From NCBI GenBank assembly GCA_020137815.1, contig CM035352.1:1-64000 (forward strand): DNA of 64,000 nt, given 5' to 3'. Of this stretch, positions 34,431 through 44,671 are shown in pieces. The position numbers and the translations under genes are program-made. The notes under the pieces were generated by a model, which had not been told where the DNA came from, searched no databases, and saw only the letters and a program-made list of their open reading frames with translations. Position 1 is the first letter of the stretch, and each line of letters begins with the position of its first letter. Source of the stretch: Hormiphora californensis (Eukaryota > Animalia > Ctenophora).

Positions 34431-35203
34431 AAAAGTTAGTCGGGTAGAGTGATTAGTCGGGTAGAGTGATTTTTGATTTGATATCAATTAGTTGCATATT
34501 TAGCCAATTTCTGGCCAGATATTCTACAGCAGCAAAACCAAAAAGTGCAGCCCCCCCCCTCCCCAGTGAGTGTAACCTCCTAGATACACTAGAAAAGTGA
34601 GATCGTGGCGTAGAAACTAGAGAGGAAGAGAGATACAGGTATTTATATGCAGGGGGAAAGTGTTTCCATGATTATAACCAGCAACATTTTCAAACTATAC
34701 GCTAGGAAACTATCGCAATGATCAAATTATCATTATTTTTTATTCCGCATTATCAAACATACAGATCAACACATGTCACATATATAATGTACTGCACACA
34801 GTGGCCATTGGGTCGTTTCAGAGTCTGTTTTACAGAACAATAGTATATGCTTTGAATGAACGGCTGACTATTATATCATGGAAACGCGAATTTAACAGCA
34901 CCCCAGGCCCCGAAAGTTCATGTATCAAAACTTTCGCACGTTTTTTAATTTCTGCGGCCCCGGCTATCCACCAAACTTGTTTGGTTTTTGGATCTAGTAT
35001 CAAGCATTTTGTTATACTACGACATGCATTTTTTAATACTAGCTGAATTTAATAAACGCGATTAAACGATTGGGGATTCACGGACTTTTTCAATCGTAGG
35101 TAGCCTCATAATAATCGCAGAAATCCAATTTCGGATATCAATTGCGAATATCTAATATATTATAGTAATCACGGATAACCAAATCACGAATCCGTTATAA
35201 GTA

Positions 35204-36061
35204 CAGTCGGACCCCGATTTAACGGCACCCTCGGGGGAAAGAGTTTTGTCCGTTAAATCGGGGTGTCCGTTAAATCGGGTTAGAGCATATTTGGCCTATA
35301 AAACCCTATTTTTGTCCAAAATGCTATACTAAAACACCTCTAAGTGTTAAATACAATGTCCATGTATTGATTACATGATCATTTCTGATTAGAAAAAGAA
35401 AATAATTTTCAAAATTTTCAAAAAAAGTTATAAAAATTTCTAAGGTACTATATCAACCACGTCCGAATCGTTTATCGAATCAGTGCATGCTTATCGCATG
35501 TCTCGCTGCTAATTAGACGGTTCTAGACGAACCGATACGTGATACCATGCCGAATCGGGGCACTTTAAGCGGGGTGAGGAAGAATTTGAATTTCAAAATA
35601 TCTTTTTCTCTGAAAATTCATGGGGAGCACCGATCAAAGTATTGCCAATCATTCTGTAAAATTTTGCAAAAAAAGTTTATGAAAATTTTTCAAAGGTATA
35701 TCAACCACGTCCGAATCGTGTTTCGAATCAGTGCATCTTATCGCACGTCCTGTCGCTAATTAGACGGTTCGAAACGATCTGATACGTGATCCCCATGGAG
35801 CCAGTTTAACAAGTGTCAAAATTGCGATTCGATGGGCCTCATGGGGATCACATATCTGTTCGTTTCGAACCGTCTAATTACCGGCAAGACATGCAATAAG
35901 ATGCACCGATTCGAAACACGATTCGGACGTGGTTGATACACCTATGAAAAGTTTTCAAAAAATTTTCAAAAAAATTTCAAAAATTTTTTTTGGGGGAAAT
36001 TTATCCTGCCGTTAAATCGGGGTGCCGCTAAATCGGGGGCCGTTAAATCGGGGTCCGACTG
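35204..36061. mobile_element. pogo-like MITE (CAGTCGGACCCCGATTT family)
   Basis: TA|CAGTCGGACCCCG...CGGGGTCCGACTG|TA; absent from the left arm. Confidence 0.92.
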
Positions 36062-36063
36062 TA

Positions 36064-36700
36064 CTGGGTGTTCATCTTGGATCTTTACAAGCGTTGGCCT
36101 TCACCTAGAAAAAAGTTGACAAGATTAGGTCATGAAACTTCATACTTGGACTATTCTATACCCTCATTCAAGGTTCCTGGGGGATTTGGAGCTCTAGCAC
36201 CCCGGGAAGTGTGTTTTTGGCATCAAAACTACCAGAAGGAATTTTTTGCTGGTGCTGAGACTTTGCTAAAATGTTTTTTGGGTATTTTCTATGTCAATCC
36301 TAAAGTTTCATAGAGATTGGATGTGTTTTTCGGACTCAAAATTTCGATAAAAGTGGCTGGAAAGGCTCGAAAACAGCTCAAAAACGGCTAAAATTGAGTC
36401 TTTCCAGCCACTTTTTATGAAATTTTGAGTCTGAAAAACACATCCAATCTCTATGAAACTTTAGGATTGACATAGAAAATACCCGAAAAACATTTAAGCA
36501 AAGTCTCAGCACCAGCAAAAAATTCCTTCTGGTAGTTTTGATGCCAAAAACACACTTCCCAGGGTCCTAAAGCTCCAAAAACCCCAGGAACCTTGAATGA
36601 GGGTATAGAATAGTCCAAGTATGAAGTTTCATGACCTAATCTTGTCAACTTTTTTCTGGGTGAAGCCTAACGCTTGTAAAGATCCAAAATGAACACCCTG
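36064..36700. mobile_element. Tc1/mariner-type fold-back MITE (copy in the right arm)
   Basis: Inverted copy of 29643-30279. Confidence 0.9.
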
Positions 36701-38231
36701 TATTATAAGCTATCGCGATTAGCTATCGCGATTAGCCATCTGCGAATATGCTATCTGCGATTGGTTACTATTATATTACTTATTCCGCGATAAGTTATCG
36801 GTACTACCCGCATCCTCCATATCCTTAAATCGATAGTGTTTACGCAGTGAATACAGAGTGAATACGCAGTGAATACAGAGCGAATGCAGAGTGAATGCAG
36901 AGTGAATGCAGAGTGAATGCAGAGCGAATGCAGAGCGAATGCAGAGTGAATGCAGAGTGAATGCAGAGTGGTTCCAGAGTGAATACGCAGTGAATGCAGA
37001 GTGAATACGCAGTGAATACGCAATCATTGGGGATATCCTACCAGAACTGTTTACGCAGTGAATACAGGGTGAATACGCAGTGAATACAGAGTGAATGCAG
37101 AGCGAATGCAGAGCGAATGCAGAGCGAATACGCAATCATTGGTAATATCCTACCAGAACTGTTTACGCAGTGAATACAGGGTGAATACGCAGTGAATACA
37201 GAGTGAATGCAGAGCGAATGCAGAGCGAATGCAGAGCGAATGCAGAGCGAATACGCAATCATTGGTAATATCCTACCAGAACTAGAATGCCGTAAATACG
37301 CAGTGATAGGAAGGAAAAAATTGGCTATGTTGGCTAAATACAAGAAAAAAAGGTGGTGTTATCTCGCTAGAGAGAGAGACGAGAGCGAGAGAGAGAGAGC
37401 AGAGATAGAGAGAGAGGAGGGGAGAGAGAGAGCGAGCGAGACGAGAGAGGCGCGGGCTGCGAGAGAGAGAAGAGAGACGCGAGAGCGCGAGAGAAGCGAG
37501 CGCGAGCGCGAGAGAGCGAGGGGCGCCGCACGCGCGCGAGCGCGCAGCGCGTCCGCGCGCGCGCGCGAGCGCGCGCGGCGCGCGAGCGGCGAGCGGGAGC
37601 GGAGGCGGGAGGCGCGCGAGCGAGAGAGGAGGAGAGAGAGAGAAGCGAGCGCGGAGCGCGAGCGCAAGCGGGAGCCGCGGAGCGCGAGCGAGAGAGCGAG
37701 AGCGAGGAGAGCGCGAGGCGCGCGCGCGAGCGGAGCGCGAGGCGCGAGCGCGAGAGCGCGAGGCGCAGCGCAAGCGCGGAGCGCGAGCGCTAGCGAGAGA
37801 CGCGAGCGAGAGCGCGAGCGCGGAGCGGAGCGAGAGCGAGACGCGAGCGCGAGCGCGAGCTCGAGCGCGAGCGCTAGCGCGAGCGAGAGCGAGAGCGCGA
37901 GCGAGAGACGCAAGCGCGAGCGAGAGAGCGAGAGAGAGCGAGAGAGCGAGAGAAGAGCGAGAGCGAGGAGAGAGCGGAGAGGGAGAGAGAGAGAGAGAGA
38001 GCGAGCGAGAGAGAGAGAAGGAGAGAGAGAGAGAGAGAGAGAGAAGAGATGAGAGAAAGAGAGCATTAGAGAGAGAGCTAAAAGACGAGAGCGAGAGAAG
38101 AGCGAGAGAGAAGGGCGCGATAGAGATCTATAGTCGCGCGCAGATAGTAGAGAGGAGAAGAGAGACGAGCGCGAGCTCGATAGAGCAGAGAGAGACGAGA
38201 GAGATAGTCTATCCTCTCTATCTAAGAATCT

Positions 38232-38294
<63 letters not shown>

Positions 38295-38570
38295 CTCTCC
38301 GGCCATAATCGGCCATGTGATCTGCTTTAATCGGCCATGTGATCTGCTTTAATCGGCCATGCGATCTGCTTTAATCGGCCATGCGATCTGCTTTAATCGG
38401 CGATATGACCTGCCACGATCAGTCCTAGTCATGTCTCGCATAACCCACGTCTCATATAACCCAATCATCAATAGAACACGCTAAACGGTGAGGCGATCCC
38501 TAGTGACTCTATACTATAAATTAACCATGTGCGTGAACTATAATTATCCCAATCCTTTACAAACAACATC

Positions 38571-39341
38571 ATGAGTTCTTCTACCTTCGGCGAATGCACT
38601 CTCTGCACCAAGACCCTCCTGGACAACCTCACCTTTAAACCTGACGGGACAGTCATCCTGCAGTACTCCTGCACACCCTGTGCTACCCACTCAGTCACTC
38701 CTACCGGACCCCCTGCTGGACCTACACCTCCTACTGTACCCGCTGCTGCACCTAACGGACCCCATGCCGGACCTGCTGGACCCCCTGCCCCGCCTATCGG
38801 ACCTCCCGCTGGACCCTCTGCCCCGCCCATCGGACCTCCCGCTGGACCTGCTGGACCACCTGCCCCGCCTATCGGACCTCCCGCTGGACCCTCTGCCCCG
38901 CCCATCGGACCTCCCGCTGGACCTGCTGGACCACCTGCCCCGCCTATCGGACCTCCCGGACCCTCTGCCCCGCCCATCGGACCTCCCGCTGGACCCCCTC
39001 CTACTGGACCTGTTTCTGCCCAGCCTGGGTCTTCATTCGGGGCCAATAGCATCGCGGGGAAGGCACTGACCAGATACAATCTTGTCTGGAACCAACAGAG
39101 GTCTACCAATTCCAGCACAACAGAGGCTCTGTCGGCGACCGGCATCAACCTGAGAGCATTCTACGATACAAAACCAATTGCTGAGGCAGCTTTGATCGAG
39201 CCTCGCAAGCTTCATCGATATCTTTCTCAACGAGGACGCAACACAATCCTACTCACCAAAAGGGAATGTCAAAACATCCTCAGAGAGCCACAGACTGCAC
39301 GACGGGTCCGAGAGGCGAGAGTGAGCGGGGAATTGATGTAG
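38571..39341 (+). CDS. Merlin cargo gene 1: 256-aa protein with CxxC...CxxC N-terminus, (GPPAGPSAPPI)-type Pro/Gly repeats and a basic C-terminus
   Basis: Open ORF with in-frame repeat expansion, ACATCATGA start context, AATAAA at ~39425. Confidence 0.65.
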   Translation: MSSSTFGECTLCTKTLLDNLTFKPDGTVILQYSCTPCATHSVTPTGPPAGPTPPTVPAAAPNGPHAGPAGPPAPPIGPPAGPSAPPIGPPAGPAGPPAPPIGPPAGPSAPPIGPPAGPAGPPAPPIGPPGPSAPPIGPPAGPPPTGPVSAQPGSSFGANSIAGKALTRYNLVWNQQRSTNSSTTEALSATGINLRAFYDTKPIAEAALIEPRKLHRYLSQRGRNTILLTKRECQNILREPQTARRVREARVSGELM

Positions 39342-39479
39342 AGTGTTGTGAATATATATTGTAAATTTATAGAATTATCTAAGTTTTAACAAACCATGTG
39401 TTTTAGAAGTACACTCCTGCAAGTAATAAAAATTGGATACTATCACGCACAATTAAATACCTGGTCATTGAAATCACTG

Positions 39480-39870
39480 GTTGATTGTTAGACAATACCA
39501 CTTCACGTAATAATATCACACTGTCACGTACCATAGCTAATCATAACAGTCACTAACTGGTAATTATTAGACAATACCACTCCGCGTAATAATATGATCA
39601 CACTGTCACGTACCATACCTAATCATTGTAACAGTTACTAACTGGTAATTATTAGACAATACCACTCCGCGTAATAATATGATCACACTGTCACGTATCA
39701 TACCTATCACCATACCTAATCATTGTAACAGTTACTAACTGGTAATTATTAGACAATACCACTCCGCGTAATAATATGATCACACTGTCACATATCATAC
39801 CTAATCATTACATTGTAACAGTTACTAACTGGTAATTATTAGACAATGACGTAATAATATCACACGATAA
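39480..39870. repeat. ~75-90-bp tandem repeats between the cargo genes
   Basis: TAGACAATACCACTCCGCGTAATAATATGATCACACTGTCACG recurs 4-5 times. Confidence 0.8.
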
Positions 39871-39932
39871 CGCACTTGAATACCTGATCACTGATATATA
39901 AATACAAGACCGTTTCTTACTTCAAACTAACT

Positions 39933-40523
39933 ATGCCACGCCACAACTCCCAACCATTTAGCTATCTTCCAGTGTCTCCTCGTGTTTGTCACCCTGATTA
40001 TGATTTAGCTTTACACCCTAAAACTAAACGATGTATATTGCCTGAGTGCTATGGTACCGGTTCATTTGCCGAACCGAAAACATACATACTTCCTCTACCT
40101 CTGAATCTTGATGAACATTCTCCAACTGGGACTCGAAAACTCGTTAATGCATTTGAAAAAGTGCGATTCAATAAACAGGTATGGTGCTATAACAATACTA
40201 CTAAATTTTTCACTTACCAAGGTGGTTATTGTAACACTCCCATACTAATATTTCTCTAATCCACACAGTTTGGATCAACAAACCTACGTGAAGCATGTGC
40301 AAGGAGCAACGTCAAGAAGAGCCTTTTCATGAAGAGTAAGCCAATTGCTCAGCTTTACAAGGTCTCAGAAAGAGACAATTTCGAGAAACTGAAAGGAAAA
40401 CATACGAAGAAAGACGGTACTATAAAATTGCTGAATTTTTCGACATGTTGTGAGCGAGAACTCCAGAAACCTGCCTACCAACTTACGTTGAAACGTGAAA
40501 GAGAACGAGGTTCTATCATTTGA
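39933..40523 (+). CDS. Merlin cargo gene 2: two exons (39933-40178, 40269-40523), ~166 aa, unknown function
   Basis: GTATGG...CTAAT...CACACAG 90-bp phase-0 intron joins the two ORF-track ORFs in frame; AATAAA at ~40610. Confidence 0.6.
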
Positions 40524-40643
40524 AGTACAGTGTTATAACTTGATTGATATGGATATATAGTTGAAAACAACTGGTACAACAGATTTTAATACAGAATTAT
40601 TGTAATTAGAATAAAAATACAGCTGATTAAAGTTAAACACACA

Positions 40644-41564
40644 TCACCATGTCCTGTAATATAGGAGGCCAGGCAAGAACTCAGAAAATAGACGGCTCAT
40701 ATCATGTACAGTAGTGACTCCTTTGCTCTTCAGCCAGGCGTATTCAGTAATATCCAGTTGTAAGGTCCTCTCAGAGCGATTTCCTCCAACCCGCAAACGT
40801 GTATGATTCTTTAGGTGGGTCCAGAGTCCCTCAATGGCGTTGGTGTGCGCTCCAGTAGTAGGGCACACAAAGTTTGTGGAATGGTTCACGGTATGATGTG
40901 TGTATCCGTGCTGGTTGAGGTTTCTGTATGCGGCCCAGCAGTCAGAGATGATTATTGAACCAGGACGGATGTAGCTTTTGATGATGGGAAGTAGGGTTGC
41001 CTCGTCTCTCTTGTTTCCTGGGCAGATCACGAAAAATGCTTCTCCTGTCTCTTGGTCGACACCTCCAAAGACCCAGTGTCCATCCACAATTCGGCCTCGG
41101 CTGTACTTTTGGTGTCCATGCTTGCTCTCGTCAATTTGAACAATCTTCCCAGGTCCTCCGATCATCCCAGCAGTAGAGGTCATCTCATCGTGCATCTTCT
41201 CCCGTATCTTGCAGTAGAATCTGTAGACGGTGCCCTCATCTAGAGAAAGTATGATGCCAGTGGCAGCAGCTGATGTTCTCAGGGTGTACTGGTTCAGGAG
41301 GCCGATAAACTTGCTGAAGGGCATCGGACTTCGTTCGAGGATGCTGTGTTTCCGTACAGACACAGTAAGTCCACAAGTGGTGCACTTCCAACTGAAGCCA
41401 TCACTGTATATGGTGGTAGAACAGGGTGTTATCCTCATCAGGACCAGGCAGTTGTTGCATTGGCAGTGGGTAGGAAGGATCTTCTTTCTCAGGAGGTAGT
41501 CAAAGCAGTCGTACTCCGAGGAGAGGACACCGGCGAGAACAAGGTCAGAGTAAGATACATGCAT
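40644..41564 (-). CDS. Merlin / IS1595 (ISXO2-like) DDE transposase, 306 aa from the first ATG
   Basis: Zn ribbon CNNC...WKCTTC; IGGPGKIVQIDESK, WVFGG, LLPII...PGSIIISDCWAAY, HHTVNHS..FV.P.TGAHTNAIEGLW. Confidence 0.95.
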   Translation of the reverse strand: MHVSYSDLVLAGVLSSEYDCFDYLLRKKILPTHCQCNNCLVLMRITPCSTTIYSDGFSWKCTTCGLTVSVRKHSILERSPMPFSKFIGLLNQYTLRTSAAATGIILSLDEGTVYRFYCKIREKMHDEMTSTAGMIGGPGKIVQIDESKHGHQKYSRGRIVDGHWVFGGVDQETGEAFFVICPGNKRDEATLLPIIKSYIRPGSIIISDCWAAYRNLNQHGYTHHTVNHSTNFVCPTTGAHTNAIEGLWTHLKNHTRLRVGGNRSERTLQLDITEYAWLKSKGVTTVHDMSRLFSEFLPGLLYYRTW

Positions 41565-41856
41565 GTCCTTGAGGGACACCGAAGCGCTAAATGGAGACAG
41601 GGTCAAATAAAGAGTGAATGCCCTAGGAAGAGTCAGATAGTAACTCAGCTCTGGTAAAAACACATAAAACAAAACAACTAAACTAGCTAAAAAACATACC
41701 CACTAACTAGCCAACTTAATACATAGAGGGAGGGAGAACAGACGAGTACTAGGCGAATAGGTGAAAACAGACAGAAAGAGATAGCCTAGTCCACGTGTGT
41801 TATTATATGGTGCCGACATACTGAAGTTACCCAAGTTACCCCTCACAATAGTTAAC

Positions 41857-41964
41857 AGACAGTTGGGTGATCGGATAACTGTTTATTAGCCTCATGTTTG
41901 ATAGTCAGAGTTTTTGTTATTCTCTCTGTGGCTGCCACAGAGAGAATAACAAAAACTCTGACTA
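41857..41964 (-). mobile_element. Second, 5'-truncated copy of the snap-back retroposon
   Basis: 12-bp TSD ACAATAGTTAAC (41845-41856 / 41965-41976); 31-bp arms 41902-41932 / 41934-41964; same tail as the 33657 copy. Confidence 0.88.
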
Positions 41965-42354
41965 ACAATAGTTAACTTATAATATGGATAATTAAAGACG
42001 GAAAGAAAAATATAGCACAGATTGGCAGCAAAATCGCCCAATATCTACCCTAACGAAGCACTTGCAGCACACTACCAATCACAACACAATGGAGAACCCC
42101 CTGATTTAGAGTTTGACATATTGGCAACTGGACCAGCCAGTCAGACGAAAAGTCACGGAGGCGATCCTAATCAAATCTCTTAAACCTAGCATTAACAAAC
42201 GAGAAGAGGGAGAAAAGATCGAACAATTTATTATCTGATACAGTATCTGATTTCTGATTCCTAGTTTGCGTGTGATGTATATATTGTATAGTTCCTATTT
42301 CGTGTATTTTAGATATTAGACATGTGACCTTATTTTTAGCAGCCTGATGATGTC

Positions 42355-42461
<107 letters not shown>

Positions 42462-42476
42462 TAGAGAGAGAGAGAT

Positions 42477-42508
<32 letters not shown>

Positions 42509-44671
42509 TGAGAGAGACAAAACCACTTTTTTTCGGGTTGTAGCAACAATATCCAATTTTTCTATCACTGCGTATTTACGGCATTCTAGTTCTGGTAGGA
42601 TATTACCAATGATTGCGTATTCGCTCTGCATTCGCTCTGCATTCGCTCTGCATTCGCTCTGCATTCGCTCTGCATTCACTCTGTATTCACTGCGTATTCA
42701 CCCTGTATTCACTGCGTAAACAGTTCTGGTAGGATATTACCAATGATTGCGTATTCGCTCTGCATTCGCTCTGCATTCGCTCTGCATTCACTCTGTATTC
42801 ACTGCGTATTCACCCTGTATTCACTGCGTAAACAGTTCTGGTAGGATATCCCCAATGATTGCGTATTCACTGCGTATTCACTCTGCATTCACTGCGTATT
42901 CACTCTGGAACCACTCTGCATTCACTCTGCATTCACTCTGCATTCGCTCTGCATTCACTCTGCATTCACTCTGCATTCGCTCTGCATTCACTCTGCATTC
43001 GCTCTGTATTCACTGCGTATTCACTCTGTATTCACTGCGTAAACACTATCGATTTAAGGATATGGAGGATGCGGGTAGTACCAAGTTATCGTGGTTAGTT
43101 ATCCGCGATTACTAGTATTGATTAGTTATCAGCATTTGATATATTCACGATTGGCGCTCCGCGATTGTTCTATGATTTTGATTATTAGTCACGGATAATA
43201 ATCACGGATAAGCGTTGATAATCAGATATATCTGATACAATCAGGTTTTAGGTGCTAATTCGCTCATTTCTCAGTGATTTTTGAAATCGTCGTATATTTA
43301 AGACAGTCGTAACTCTAGATATGACTACCAATTATAACTGAAAATGCGGCAATAAACCTAATTTTATAAAATAAATCTATTTCAATGTTAATTTAGACTC
43401 TGAATCGCTTCTTTCTAGGTATTTTTTAAATCGTCTTAAATTTAAGACAGTCATAAATCTAGATATGACTACCAATTATACCTGAAAATACAGCAGTTGA
43501 CATACGTTGGCAAAATATATATGATGAAATCATGATTTGTAGTTTAATTTGCTCTTTTCTAGGTTTTTTTTGAAAATCGTCTTAAATCTTAATACAGTCA
43601 GATGCCCGTAAGGGTCCAGTTAGAGATTTTGCGACTGACGTTAGTTACAATGAAGCAGGCCCCTGCTGACACTGCTGACACTGCCGCGCGCGCTACTTTA
43701 CATGCAATTCACATCGAAAACCCTGCTAGTCAACGAAGATTTGGCGCGCACAGGGACTCTCCCAGCTTGCGCCAGTTGCAGACTGGAGGCTGGCGCCAGA
43801 AACTGGAGCCAGCCTCCAATCTGCAACTGGAGCGTAACTGACGAACCGCAACTCAGATTTGCTTGAAATTTTTAACATGTCTTCAAGATGTCAAGGCAAC
43901 ACCGCGTACCAAGCGGCGTATTTGTAGAACGACGGGAAGACCGTCTTAAACGCAAAAGAAAACTTAAGACAGTCATAACTTTTGTTATGACTGTCCGTTT
44001 TCTCTGTCCAAGAGAGAGAGCAAGGGGTTAGGTATGCCCTCTCATTCCGGAAGAGGCTTATTACATCACCTCTCGCTCCTACACCACCACCACTAGCTCA
44101 GTCGGTGGTTCCTCAGCCTATGGTATCCCCTGTGGTGTCCCCTGTGGTGTCTCAGATGACATTTTCGCCTGTACCCCCTATGGTTGATGGATACCAGCCA
44201 GATGTCTCTGGATTTTCTACCGCCGCTCCACAATCGGCACCTAATTCTCCAAGGACTCTACTCCTGGGAACTTCCATGACGAAGTGGGTGAACGAGGACC
44301 TGGATCTGATAAATGTGTCGGTATCGGGTGCGAGGCTATGCAAGCCATTCAGAGATTGGGAGGGAAGTCTTGCAATAGACATGTTGAAAGGCTTTAGAGA
44401 GAGACAACCTGAAGTGGAAGTGAGAAAAGTTATAGTTGCGTTCGGTACGAACGACATCAGGAGGTGGGTTAAATTTGTTAGGTCTCATAGTGGTAAGAAT
44501 GATATTTATAATGCGTATGTAGACCTCGTTAGGGAAATTAGAAACATGTTTGGGAAGACAACTGAAATCGTGCTGGCCACAGTTATTCCACTTAGGCCAG
44601 ACTATGGTTGGACTGCTAGTAATGTTTTCATGTTTAATAGGATTGTAACAAAAGTATCATCAATGCTGAAG

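Noticed and set aside
36836-37300. CRISPR-like short repeats
   Set aside because: Contiguous 11-bp units without spacers, mirrored at 42562-43045; they are part of the Merlin TIRs.
37207-38306. 281-aa and 315-aa Arg/Glu/Ala and Ser/Leu ORFs
   Set aside because: Translations of a corrupted (AG)n microsatellite.
38468-39148. Gly-rich minus-strand ORF and Leu/Asp/Pro ORF at 38680
   Set aside because: Shadow frames of the Pro-rich repeat gene, which has the better start context and a polyA signal.
41565-41672. ORF-track N-terminal extension of the Merlin transposase
   Set aside because: Begins at TTG; the first ATG is at 41564.
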